Below the pieces are notes generated by a model that ran no database searches, was not told the origin of the DNA, and was given only the letters and a program-made list of their open reading frames with translations. From Lytechinus pictus (Eukaryota), in contig NC_087251.1 in assembly GCF_037042905.1 (NCBI RefSeq), forward strand, positions 31,064,001-31,128,000: a stretch of DNA of 64,000 nt, given 5' to 3'. Numbering within the stretch: the stretch's first letter is position 1; every line of letters begins with the position of its first letter. Both the position numbers and the translations under genes were made by a program. This document shows, piece by piece, positions 40,144 through 53,662 of the stretch.

Positions 40144-40350
40144 GCTACCGCTACTCCTGAGGTGATGCCCATGCTGAGTGAGATCATGCCAGACATTGCT
40201 ATCCCATCAGCCCCAGACTTGACCATTGCCATGGCTCCACCGGTCAACCAGATGCTGCTCCGCGAACCACAACTCGGGGATGACCGGCGGCGGCATGGAA
40301 GGGAGAAGGGCAAGGGTGGGAAGAGCGAGAGTAGCCAAACAAAAGTTTAG
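40144..40350 (+). CDS. BTBD7: BTBD7 probable terminal coding exon
   Basis: Acceptor tctctatcAG; ATATPEVMPMLSEIMPDIAIP...; contains the MPDIA motif I recall from the BTBD7 C-terminus; TAG at 40348-40350; phase 0 fits. Additional unseen exons in the 15.7 kb intron cannot be excluded. Confidence 0.75.
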   Translation, partial: ATATPEVMPMLSEIMPDIAIPSAPDLTIAMAPPVNQMLLREPQLGDDRRRHGREKGKGGKSESSQTKV

Positions 40351-42677
40351 TTATCTTATATTATCATGATATTGAGTTTTGTGATAGCGTTCATGTGATT
40401 TTAACTGTAGTCCCAAAGGTAGGTTATCATGTACCCTTGAAAATCCTTGTGTTACGTTAAGCAACATACATTAAGGAGAAAACAGGAGGAAGAAGTAAAC
40501 GTTGAGTGGCCCAATCCTGGAATTTGTTTTACGTTGCCACATGCCCCATTAATATCCATACAAATTGATGCTTTATTTAATTGGTTATCCTTGTGAGATC
40601 TCTAACAATTAATATAGGCAACATTTTATCCTCATAATCCAATTAATTGCCCTTTCTATTCTCATATCAAAAACTCAAGATTTAATGATAATAAACAATT
40701 TTCTCAATATTACTTATAAGAAATCAGTATTGATGTTTTAAAAATTGCAATGAATATTGGGTTAAAGGGTACTCAAAATTATGCATAAGAAAGTTATGTG
40801 GATTCAAACTAAAGTGAATATGTGGTGAAAGAGTACTTAATAATCCAGCTGATATTGAACCAGTGCCAAATATGCAATACATGCATTTCATATCATACAT
40901 TGTATATCACAGGTGACAGGAAATTATTAATACATCTCACTTCTTACCTCACAATATGAAGATATTCTACATCTTCTCCTTAGTATAATCCTTTATTACA
41001 TTTGATTATTTGTTGTGTTGTTGTTTTTTGTTAGAGATAGGTTTAATGTTTACTGCATGGAAATAGGAAAAAAATGGTTTGTTGACAATATTTTGTAATG
41101 GGATGTTTTCTTCAATATTTTTTTTCTAGTTGTCATAACTTGTCATTCAGAATCAGATGTCAGTTGTATGATATAGCTGAATGTTTTCTGATTATTATTT
41201 TTTAATGCTGAAAATGGAATGCAAATGTCAATAATTCGATGATACACTTGTGTTCATACATTCACGAAAAGCAGCATGTTTTTAATGTGATTTGTGCAAT
41301 TTTCTCTTTGCATTTTTCATTCCTATTATATGTTAATCAAGTGAAAAGAAAAAGAAAGTTGTCTTCAGTTTTTGTATAGGCCTGCATCTACACCAAGGTT
41401 CGTTTTACTTATATGATGTTCATTGTTAAAAGACATTCATTGAATTACATAGTAATATTTTAATATCATTCTTCACAAGGGCACTAGTTTCATCATTCTT
41501 AATCAGTAAGGAAAGTTTAAAAATTGCTAAACAGCAAGAACTAAGTAGCACTGGGATATACTGTTGGTGTTCTCCTGAACTGTTGTATCTCAGTCTGACA
41601 GTGCAAACAATATTTCTAGAAAAGTGAGGTTAAACTGTACCTTACAATATATTGTCACTGTTTGTCTCCAGCCATCTATCAAAGATTTTCAGTTCTTGAA
41701 AAAAAAAACATGTGATAGGGATATCTGTGACCATTTATAAACTTTTGTGTCTTTATTCCCCCCTCCCCCCCCCCCAGTCCCTGCGATGAAAATCTTTCCA
41801 TATCTCTTAAACTTACAAAAAAATACAATGTTGACTTCTGCTCTGATTTTCCGACATAATTTCAAAATGAATATTTGGAACCCAAATCAATCATTACAAT
41901 GGTTCTGATGAATTCCAAACAATATGAGAGAAATGATGTGATAAGATGATTGAAGATAATGGGAGAATAACCAAGGTAGACGAATTGTGGATGATTCCTC
42001 CTGCAAAACAACATTAAGAGTATTGTCAATTTACTGAGCTGCGTTTTCTAATGGGCCGAGGGATTCACTCAGACAAGCTAGATTTGATAGTAATATAAAT
42101 CAGCTATTTCTGTACACTGTTGCCTAGTGACGGTGATGTGCTGTGATTATGAGCATATTTCTGGTAAAAAAATCAATGAGAATTCTTTTTTTTTTAATCA
42201 TACTTTGTCCTAGTACTTTTTGGTTACATCATGAAAGATGTAAGACGTTGTTATCTAGTCTTTCCTGGCTTTGTATCCTTCTCTTGGAATGAATATAATT
42301 ATATGAATTTGTTACATCACCGAGAAGGCATAAAACTAAAGGGGTGTCACACACAGAACCTTTTAGCGAGCGTATGCTGACATATGTCAGGCAAGCCATT
42401 TTATCATTTGCTCTTATTTCTGGAGGATATCAAGAACCTAATATCAGTGAATTGTTTCATTTTATCAAAAAATTGTTTTTTATTTTTTTATTTTTAAGAA
42501 ATAGATTTGAAATGATAAAATGGTTTGCCATTGTTATATTGGCATACACTGTATAAAACATTTTGGTGGGTGTTTCATAAAGCTGTTTGACAGTTATGAG
42601 TGACTTTATGAATGACTTGTGATCCTATCTTGTAATTTGTGTTCCGCATTTTCATTGAGTGTTGATTAAGCTCCTAA

Positions 42678-43078
42678 AGGCCACCCCACACCTTACAACC
42701 CGACTGGTCTGCGACTGGATGAAGGGAAATGTGACGACACAGCTCTTGTCAGCTTGAGAGTCGCAGACCGGTCAGAAACAAATCGCAAGGAAAGTTGTAA
42801 GGATTTGACATTTTGAATCCTTACAACTGAATCGCAAGCTCAATCCAACATCCAGCCAATCAGACAGCAGAGTCGCGACGCGTACATGATATGGAACGCG
42901 CATTCATGCTAGTAAGCATCATTTTCTCAGTTGCTATGGCAAGAGCACATGCGTGTGTCGTAGACAACACGGTAGTCGGATCGCAAGGTGTGCGGTGTCG
43001 AGGCTCATTGACTACTTTGCGATTCATCTCCACTCACTCAGTCGCAGACCAGTCTGGTCGTAAAGAGTGCAGTGCCCT
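42678..43078. mobile_element. Harbinger-like MITE (TAA TSD) nested in a GGGTGTTTCATAAAG MITE (42567-43152)
   Basis: TAA at 42675-42677 and 43079-43081; imperfect TIRs; intact host-family copies at 37742-37930 and 54677-54845. Confidence 0.75.
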
Positions 43079-46000
43079 TAAGAAAGGATCACCAGTTTGT
43101 AAAAATGTTTGTAAAGTCACTTGTAACTTCCAAACAGCTATATAAAACACCCACCAAGTGTGACAGCCCAGCCAAGTACAAAGTATGGGTGTGTCATACA
43201 TTTATTATTGGGTACATGTATTTTTAATCAGAGAAAAAGTTCAAACTTATCTAGAATCGTCAAGGTTTTTTTTATTAGAAGTAGTGCAGTATGGATTATA
43301 GAGATTTGTTAGTCAACAAGGAAGGGATAAACCGAGATGGATGCGAGTGTGTGAAACTAACAAAAAAAGGCAAACAGACGATCCTTTTTTTTTCTTTCTT
43401 TTATTTGATATAGTTCAGCATTGAAGTTGAAATTTGGTTATTGATTTGATAAGCCATGCGTATAAATTCAACCAAATCTGCACTTACTTCAGCAAATAGA
43501 TCAATAGTTACTACCTGGGTCTATATAGGGCCATATGATGCCTTGGTGCATGTGATTTGTTTCCTTGTGGTTGAAAGTGGTCTTTACAGGAAAGAAAACA
43601 AGATGAGTAGCAGACAAATACAGATATTTCATTTTTCCCTCAAATAGCTTTTCAAAAGAAGTTATTAACCTTTTTGGCCTCACAGTATCGGGTTGAAATT
43701 TGGTAAGCCAGGCGTGAAAAAGCTTTCAAATCTGTTCTAACATTAACAAGCAGATCAATTGGAATAAATCTACGTGGGGCCACATGATGTTGCAGTTATT
43801 ATATTCTTTTTGCCAAGGGTAGGATAATGGGAGCAGAAGTAGACTATTGTACTTGTTTATTGGACTTTGATCGTGCCATCGTATTAGCTTCACATGTAAA
43901 CACCGAATATTTTAATACACTCATATACATTTTTTTCTCACCCAAAATATTTCTCTTTTCATTTTCATTTTAATGTCGATCAACTGAATAATAACATGAA
44001 AAAAATGTGTTTTTCTTTTTTTTTTTTTACTTTTTATGAATTCCATGCTGTATTATCTTGTGATAGAGAAACAGGATTTTGACATCAAGAAATTTTGACT
44101 TCCACTGTAGATATAATCTTATCTTGAAAGCGCATGAAAGTGCATACAGTATGGGACATTGAATTGTAAAAAAACCTCATGCTTTCACCCCCCCCCCCCC
44201 CCGTCTCTCTCTCTTATTTTACATCAATATTTTCTAATTCATTAGAAATACACTGATTGGAGAAGAGCAACAAGTCCTTGCTCCATATGGGAAGATTTGT
44301 GACCAGTTTCGGTTTGCTTTAAAGGGTATTCTTAAAGCTTTCAAACTTTTGTTTTTGACATAAAACCCATTTGCAAACTGTTTTGAAAAGAACAACAGTA
44401 TGTTCACAAATGTTTCATGCTTATTATTTCTCAGTGAGTTGATTAAATTAGGGAGTTATGTGATAATTTGGTCATTAGCTTTGGCAAATCAAAAGAAATT
44501 TACCACCACCATCTTACAAACATTTGTTGACTTCAATCCGTTTTGCGAACGCTAGTTATCGTATGCGAAAAAAAAAGATTAAAAAAAAAAAGAAAATGTT
44601 TGAAATTGCTTGTGAGAAGAAAAACTGTTTGCAACATCAAAAACTATGTATAAACTTTTTACCAAGCTTTGGATACCTTTTTAAGAACTTTATAGCAAAG
44701 TCCTATATTTGCTACGTTTCATAAGCATCCACCACTCAGTGAAATACCACTGTAAGACATCTGGACTCTTCTTGCAGATCATGACAAGGATCCCCATTGG
44801 CTTCACGGTTCTTCCTAAATTTGTCGGAACGAAAAGCAGTCTTAGAATTCTTACCTAGCATTCTTCTGATTTAATTATGATGGCCACATGGGTCAGAACA
44901 GTGTCATCAATTGTAGAGAGCATATATACAGCTTTCTATTAGATTTAGATAGTAACGCGAAGCCTCACCATCGTCTTCATTCATTAGATGCGAGGTCAGT
45001 TGAGCCTTGGGGAATGTGTCCATGCTTGTGCTTCTGTCAATCGAGAAATTGAAGCTGAATTTTCAAAAGATTGGATTATTTTTTTCTCTCCTCAGGTGTC
45101 GGTCTCTAGCATTGTCAATACCTCTGTTCTCCCAAGGATAAGACTGGTTTTTGTATATTTTTGAAAAATAAGAAAGAAACAAATAGCTTTAGCTGGAAAA
45201 CAAAACAAGGAAAATAATTGTATTTTGATGATGAAATTCGAAATGGACGTTTTTCAGTATCCATTCGATCTAAAACTATTAAAATGGGTATACACCAGGA
45301 AAACAAATTTGCGCTGAATTTGGCCTCACTAACTTGATCTTTGATATATGTTCTTTCTCGAATGTTTGTTTGTTCACATGAAAATCACATTTGCTTCATA
45401 GCAGTGCCACAAGCTCAGGTAGAAAATATATTACGATTAATCAAGAAAAAAGAATACCCCCCCCCCCCCCCCGACAATAATACGAAAACTTGTAAATGAA
45501 AAACCATGTGCTTGATCACCCTCTCTTTCATTATTTTCCCTTCTAATAGCTTCCTGGATTTCAAATGAATGTTCATTTTCAAGCCGGGATGTGAAAAAAA
45601 AATGTCCTTTGAAATATCCATCCTAATTGTACCTGTGTGTAGAGATCATGCGCTGGATTGGTATAGTGGTGGTGGTGTGATCTTGATGCAGGCTCCTCGT
45701 ATTACCATAATTTTTGAATTAGTGGCATTAAGTGATGATGATGGGTGAAGCGAGCGTGGAGACTGTTAGTGGCATCATCAAGGGACCTCTAGGGTTTGAT
45801 CTATCTTCTACCAGAACCCCTTTCTTCATTATTCTTTGATGTGGACTGCTGGATGCAGATTATTTCTATTCCTGGACGTTCAATGGCCCGGGGCCCGTTT
45901 CATAACACATGCACAATAACAAAGTTGCGATAATACTTTTAAAACGAATCAAATCTTTAGATTTGATTGGTTGATAGTGAACATGTTATAGAAATTGTGC

Positions 46001-47693
46001 ATTTATTATTGTAACAAGTTTTTATAAACAAGACCCTGGATAATCCAGATCATTCAAGTGATGCTATTAGGAGGACTCAATCTGAACTTGGATCTGCACT
46101 CATATTTCAATCCATGAATGATTATCAAATAATGTAGCTTCTGTGGTCGAAGGTCCCTGTTTCCCACGATTTGCGGCACTGCACATTGCGCATATGACCA
46201 AATCAAATAGCAAATTCCGTGCGCTTCATCGCTAATCATGGTACCATGACAATAATCCATGCCATTTCCTCGCTGCCCTCGTAAAAAAATAGTGTGGACT
46301 CGGTCCGCACCATTTGAGGGTAAATTCATGAAATGGGGTATAAGTTTGATCTATCTTGGCTTAATTGATCTTTCTCTCTCTGTACCGTCCATAGGGAGAC
46401 ACATGGTCATTAGGATGTTGGTTGATGGATGGAGGGAAAAATTATCAAAAGAGTCATCTTTTGGGGATTATGGATAGAGAAGAAAAACACTTAAGAACAT
46501 GGCACCTCATGTAGACATAGAACATAAGTGAAATCTAAATTTCAAATTATTCATTCTTGAAACGCTCTGATAAATACTGTCTTTGAAGGCTATGGACATA
46601 TTATTATATTGCCCATAGTCTCTTATCTTTGTTAGAATGATATACAGGTGACTCCGCTGTAGTTTAGTCTTTAGAAGTCTGTTCGACTCAGGAGAAATTT
46701 TATGTAGAAAAGTTATTAACGCATGGTTTTAATATTCTGGTTTGAAATAACGCTTGAGTTAGGCGATTATTTGACTTAATGCAGTCTAAGATTTTAGGCG
46801 GGTATATGCACACAAATACTTTGTCTCGTTTTAGAGGGCGTTTGTTTAGTTTTGTTGTCATTGTTGGGTTGATATTTGTTCAGAGTAATTATTATTCTGC
46901 TAAGCAGCTGCCAATCAGCAGACATTATACTTTGCATGATTGTTGCTTTTCTGAAATATAGTACTGTTAGAGGACAATATGGTTCATTATGTGCATCAGT
47001 GCATGGACGGTGTATATAATCTTCTTTTGTTATCGTTCAGTGCAGTGAACGTATTGGAAATAATGTTTGCCTAATAACTCATGATATGAATGTCTTGAGA
47101 TACCGAAAAGAATTCTACTGATTCGGATCACTATCTGTATTCAATTTGCTGTCTATGCAGTAGTGCAACAAGAAAAAGTAAAATGTTGCAATTTTGTTTC
47201 TTTTCGTTTGTTTATCTTTGATCGCTCATTTTAGATCATTTTTTCAGAGGTGAATTGAAGTCGTCAAATTTTTAAAATTTGTTAATAGAATTGTATTATG
47301 TATTATATGGACACAATTACAACATGAATATGTCATGAAAATTTGTATAGACTTTGTATTTTAGTTTGTTTTGTTCAATGTATATGAGTATTCAACTCAA
47401 GATTGGTAACCAAGATTTTCCAGACAGAATATTATCAAAAGCATAAAAAGTACCCTACTTTTGAGGAAAAAAAACTTTGTAACACTATCAATTTGCTTGT
47501 TAGTGATATATTTTGTGTGTATATATTTATATATATTATAAAGTCTATAGAAATAATGTAATATATAAATATATAATATCTTTCAAGTGATTCAGGTATG
47601 ACTAGTTTATGGACAATATGATTGTTAATCTTGTAACAATTTATATTCTAAAGTTATATTGCATAAATGTTATGTAAATATATCTTATTTCTA

Positions 47694-48386
47694 CCGTCAG
47701 TGATTTTACGAACCAGCTCAAACAAAATTTTTGATTAAATTTTTGAAATTTATTTTTATACATATTCTGAAAGCCCAGGATTTACTCTATTGATTTGCCA
47801 AATTTCAGATCAAAATTCTTATTATTTAGAAAATAAGAGCATATTTAATATTTTTACGAACCGGCTCAACCCCCTCCTTTGATTTTACCAACTGGCTCAA
47901 ACCATTCTTTATGTACTACAAAGTCTCTGGAATGGCGCGCACAGGCCAAAGACCTGACCTAGATGCGATGCATATGTGGTTTGCACAGGGTTTGTGCCTC
48001 TAAAAAAACATGCGCATAGCATGAATGATTTTATGAACTGGCTCAAACCGTGGTTTGTGCCGCTAAAAAACAGTGGGCATGGTGTGCGTGAATTTTTACA
48101 ACCTGAATCAAACCCCCGGTTTTGGGTAAAAATTAGCAGCTTTTGAAATGCAGACAAGCGCTTCATTTCAAATATTGAAAGAATGAATACGAATTGCGGA
48201 CAGAATTTTGTATATTACAAAAGAACAGAATTTATGCTTTAAATTGGTATAAACGTATGATCTGGCTTCTTTCAAAGCGCGAAATTATGAGCGTCTGAAA
48301 AACATCCAAACTTTGAACGTGATCATCTCGAAATCATGTTTTGGAGACCAGCCGAGGTTTGAGACAGTTCATAAAATCACTGACGT
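47694..48386. mobile_element. TA-flanked MITE (Tc1/mariner-like)
   Basis: TIR CGTCAGTGATTTTAYGAAC; TA on both flanks; internal repeats of TTTTACGAACCGGCTCAAAC. Confidence 0.8.
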
Positions 48387-48819
48387 TATGCCACTCAGTT
48401 GAATGAATATTTACCTAACTTTTACTTTTTTTTGGGGGGGGGATGTTCTCTTTTAAATGTCAATCTACTCAGAAAATTTATCCCAAACAAATTACAAAGG
48501 CAAAAGCAAAATGCTTCAGACATGTTTTGTTGGGGGCAAGGACTGTTGGTTTTTTTTTTCTTATTTTATGCTTGATACCTGGCAAAAACAAAATACTAAA
48601 ACTGAGAGTGGAAAACTCATGACCTTCTTTTAATTGCTGGTAGCTGCGATTCCGAGAACATGAAACATTAACATTTCAGTGTGCTTCAAAAATATTATGT
48701 TTCAGATGGTATCCTGAATCTGTAACTGTAGGGTATGGGCTTTCTAAATGGTATTTGTAAAAGAGTGCCTAGTTTTCTGGGCTATTACTCCCTTGATTCC
48801 TTATTATCTATCACTTATT

Positions 48820-49203
48820 AGGCTGTGCTGCACCAGCCCAAGTTTGCTCAATCTGGAGATTTTGGCCCGATCAGCTCTCTTCGCGATTAATCTTGAGATT
48901 CAAGAAACCTCGTCTCCACCATCGCAAGAAGAGCGATTCCTGCTCGAGCGAGGCATCAATGAATTATGGTCTGAAGCCTCGAATAAATAATCCCGAGTGC
49001 GTCTATACTTGCGAATTAGCGGGATAATTCGTAAAATAGCGCGCTATTTTGCTAATAACCCCAAGTTGACTTGAGATTGCAATCTCGAGATTAAACTAGT
49101 GCGATAATTGCATCTCCATTACAAATAATCTCAGATCAGGATAATTTGCCAGATCAGAAAAAATTCTTCTGATTTGAAAACTCGGGCTGGTGCAGACGGC
49201 CCT
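48820..49203. mobile_element. Internally deleted, inverted copy of the 38666 element
   Basis: Same TIRs in opposite orientation; ATT TSD at 48817-48819 and 49204-49206. Confidence 0.8.
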
Positions 49204-50492
49204 ATTGTGATAAGAATAACTTGTCTACTTGCTATGACTTCGGCTCTCTAGTTTCAGCTTTCTGGCTTCTGAGATGAAGAGATATAAGGGCAGCCTCATA
49301 ATCTGAAATCTTCATCATAAGCCTTATATAGATCATCAAATTATTCAGATTTTTTAAATAAAGAAATGTAAGGGGTATGTATGTGAAAGTAAATATAAGT
49401 CAACTCTAAATTGATAAATGAATAAATATATATAAGCAGTCATAGATAAGTGAACATTCAAGTGAAATGATTTCAAACATGTTAATGAAAATTAATTGTC
49501 TAAATTCACTCAAAATCATCCTTTGTTTTGCTCTGGAGGTGTGTTGATGTGAATAAGTGTAAAGTGGATTTTTCGTATGTATTGTCTTTAAACTAATATT
49601 TGTTTATTATTTTAAAAGCTCAACAGTTGCTACACACAACATAGTATTGTTTCTTGGATCCATTGATAACCATTATAATAGCCATTATCATTGATGAAAA
49701 TGAGTGAGATGAGTATTCAGTCAAGCACTGCATGCTGATCTAACTATTACGTTTTCGCAATTAAACCATGCGTAGTGCTTTCAGAATAATTAATACTCGG
49801 TGCATGATAATTGGTTAAATTTGGGAGGAAGGGGTAGTTGTGTATTAAAGTATGTATGGCCTTATAGATCAGATTTATGTTATATTGCTGCTTTGCTATT
49901 CTTTTGAATTCATGAACAGTAGCAGCCTAGCAGGAATAAGTTTAACCCTAAAGTAAAAAAATCAAAATATTTATTTTCAGCACATTTATCATGCTTTTTT
50001 ATGTTAAGAAGTTGATTGTCTGTGCATGAACATTTCCAAACTATCCTCACATTCACAGGTTGTACAATCAAATTATGATGTAAAGTTCGTAAAAATATGT
50101 TTGCATGATCATATCAAAATTCTCCAAAAGTTACTTAAATCTCTTTTTTTACTGCAATTTTCGTATTTCCTTTGAACTTTTATGCAGACAATCCTATCAA
50201 AAGAACATGACTGAATGCAATGAATTCATTGTGAATGTCTAGTCATGATGTTGTACTGAAAACGATTTGAGGAAATCAAACATTTTTGTGTGCTGAATAA
50301 TTAATGTGTTGAGTAGAAAGTTATTGCTTATAAATAATATTTCAATCTTGTTTCATTCTGAATAAGTGCAAAATGGTAATTTTTATTTCTCTGATTCAAT
50401 TTCTTTTGCGATTATTTTGCTATTTGTTTCATTCAAAATTAAATGTATTATTTACTGTTTTAGAATGTTATGTACATAATAGATTATTGTCA

Positions 50493-50498
50493 AATAAA
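50493..50498 (+). terminator. Candidate distal polyadenylation signal for BTBD7
   Basis: AATAAA at the end of an AU-rich tract with upstream TGTA motifs (TGTACATA 50471-50478) and T/G-rich downstream sequence; one of several possible sites. Confidence 0.3.
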
Positions 50499-51884
50499 TG
50501 ATTATGAATGAACATAATTTCTTGGAATCAAAGAATCGTTGTCAATGGCTAGTTATTTGTCTTCCACTTTGGTATCTTGTATTCCTCAGGAGTGAGAAGC
50601 ATAGAAGTACATCCTTTATAAAACATTTAAGTTTTTTATACCCTTGCAAATTTGACCCTAAACACGTAGCTTTCCTAGCGAAATAGATACCCTTTCTTCA
50701 TTATTTTAGTATTTTTGACACCCTAATTACGTTACGTACGTAACATGCCCTTTCTTGAAAAAGACATCCTTTTTACGTGTTTTTTTGGTCGCGCATGGTA
50801 TCCACTCGTCAATGTAAGTGCCCCCCCCCCCCCCCCCGGGCGATTATGATGGGGAGAGAAGAATATAAGTGGGAGAATAGAGAGGGGGAGATATGGTAAG
50901 AGAAGGTGCAATGGGAGACAAAGCAGAGAGAGAGAGCAACTTATCCAAAATACATGATCCTTCTGGGGATTTAGAAGGGGGAGCAATATTCCCCTTTATC
51001 AGGTTTCATGTCCCCATTTTTATTTATCTAAAAAGTGTCTTTAAAAAATATTTTGACCATGCATAGTAGAAAACTGGCTATCAATTTAACCATACCCACG
51101 ATGCAAACTTATTTCCTACAATTTTTTCTGTCCCTGACTGTTAATAGCTCCTATTGATCCAACTTTTAAAATGCTCTGAAAGAATATTGTACATGATATG
51201 TACACTTCCATACTCAATATCAAATTGCAAAAGAAAATTCCTTGCAGGGATTTGGAGATGAAATCAGGGACCGATCTTACAAATAGTTGAGATTGATTCA
51301 AATCAAACTCAAAATGCTGTTGATTAAAGTTTGTGTAGTTAAGTGATATAGGAACTTCAGATCAATCACAACCTCGTTTGATTTCAATCTATAACAACTC
51401 TTTATGAAACGGGGTCCAGGGGCTCATTAGAGAAAGAGTTGTGCTTGAATGCAAATCACTGACTCATAGACTCAAATCCATATGCCATTCTGATTAGTTA
51501 AAAATTGAGTTGCCTATGATTATGGAGTTGTATTTGATTGCAATTGACTCTTTCGACAAGGGTCTATCAATGGGGGCACTCGACCCCCAAAAGTGTTGAA
51601 AAGGAAAAGAAAAGGAAAAGAAAATTGATTGAATAATATATTCTGCATAATATTTCAAAATACATCACAAAATTAGATTTTTAGCTTAAAATGGTCAAAA
51701 TTTGTGGTCACTCATAACTTTATAGAAATGTTGCCCAATATGCCATGTTGAGCCCCCTTTATTATTATCATACTACTTCTAATACTTATCAGTCATCACT
51801 ATCGCCAGGTTTGGATTCCTGAGCACCCCCCCCCCCCTTGGTCAAAACTCTTCATTGTGTAAACTTTTCATTATCATCAGAAAT

Positions 51885-52455
51885 AGATAGATAGATGGAT
51901 GACATGGATGAATCATGGACGGATGGATGGATAGGTGGGTGGGTGGCAGGGGCAGCGGAAGCAGGGGGGCTGGGGGGAGCCCCCCCCCCCACTTTTTTCC
52001 AAAACCATGAAAAACGTGAAAATGACCATATGATTGTGAATTTTTGCATGGTCATCAGCCTCCACTTTCAAAACCGTTCCACTGCCCTTGTGTGGGTGGT
52101 GGATGGTAGTCTGCTGGGCAAACCCTTCACTCGAGTTAAGGGTCTGAAGGTGCAGCCTATACTTATGTCTTGTGTACTGAAGGCTCTCTCGCTCGAACAG
52201 TAAGTTTTGTATGTGCTAGTCTTTGCGTGGAGGCACACTTGTTGATCAAAGTTCCAATCAGGGTCTGTTCCTGCAGACTAGGTAGGTGGATGAATGGATG
52301 GATTGATGGGTCAGGGTGGGTGGATGGATAGATGGATGGATGTGTGAGTACTTAGGCAGATGGATGCTTGATGGATGAACAGTTGGACTCTAAGGTGGAT
52401 GGAATGATGGATGAAATGATGGATGGGCCGATGGATGGGTGGATGGATGGGATTA
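51885..52455. repeat. (GGAT)n-rich microsatellite interrupted by two small TIR elements
   Basis: GGAT/GGGT arrays; inserts at ~51947-52090 and ~52107-52280 (TAGTCTGC...GCAGACTA). Confidence 0.75.
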
Positions 52456-52739
52456 ATAGGCCTACCCTGGACAGGTGCATGGTCTTTTTTTTTTTACAAG
52501 TGCCCCGGACAAGTGCACACCTAGTTACCAATTATGCACATAGCATTTCCATTTATTTGAAAGCAGGATAAAAGAGCAATGGTCGATGAATCTGTGGGCG
52601 ATACATGGGAAAATAAAAGAAACAATCTAGGCCTAGTCTAGGGTTGGGTGAAGTTCATGGATAGAAGCTTTACACAGCTACGGTGCCTGCTCTTTTGTTA
52701 TTTTTCTGTTGTGATTTTTCGTTTATGACAGAATCTACC

Positions 52740-53106
52740 AGTAAATTTGTTGACGTCATAGCTCTCTGAAGCGGAGCCCTCTCGTTCGTTCGTTCGCTCT
52801 GGTTCCGATTCGGTCTGCGATCCCATTCGCCAACAACGCCACCAGCTGACTTCATTTCAGCGGAAACTTCCCAGAGAAGCGAAAAAACCCATGCTCAATG
52901 GTTGCACAATACAGATCCTCGGCAGTGTATCGAGATTGTATTGGTAACTCAATTGAAAGACGAGGTTACGCGATTAACTATTGTCCGTTTTGACTGGCAT
53001 CTTTATCGTCAATACAAAACGACTATTGGATTATTACTGTGGAATTATTCACTTGGATATTTAAATTAGAATTGTTGAATACCTTCAGATGAAATAGGAA
53101 TTGATT
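52740..53106 (+). promoter_or_regulatory. Putative promoter and 5'UTR of a second gene
   Basis: Locally CpG-rich unique sequence; perfect CRE palindrome TGACGTCA at 52751-52758; leads to an ATG and a good donor site. Confidence 0.55.
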
Positions 53107-53135
53107 ATGGCGACTGTTCACAGAGAAAAACGAAG
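53107..53135 (+). CDS. Putative first coding exon (MATVHREKR...) of an unidentified gene
   Basis: attATGG start context (A at -3, G at +4) followed by donor AAG|GTAATT at 53136; no downstream exon recognised in the window. Confidence 0.5.
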
Positions 53136-53662
53136 GTAATTTTGATTTTGGCTGAGAAATGTGCGCATCAATGATAAAAAAATTATTGTGATCTGCGTGT
53201 GGGACTACATGACTAAACTTTATAAAGTTAGACTCGAGGCCTATCTGATTTATTTTACTTCGATTTTGACTGTCTTAATAAGTTAGTAGAGTCTAGACTA
53301 GATGTAGCCTATATAATGGATTATCTTAGGGCTTAAATTAACCTAACTAAGGCCACTAGTAGTAGTAGGCAATGACATGTTTGAGTTGGCCTAGTTAGAC
53401 TTAGAGTTAGGCCTAGATCTATTCTAATTTTGATTGTCTTTCATAAGTTTTGATCATCATGATCATGTTAATTCAATTGGCCTCAAATTTAGAAATGACT
53501 GCAATGATCACTATCTGACCTTCAATTTTCTTTTATCCTTTCCCCCAGTATTTATGCTGTGAATTGTGTGGTATGAAAATGTGCAGGGTCATATAGAACA
53601 TAGCCAGGAGGGTCCTGGACCTAGACCTATATAGTCCTAGGCTAGAGAGTAAAAAATTATTG

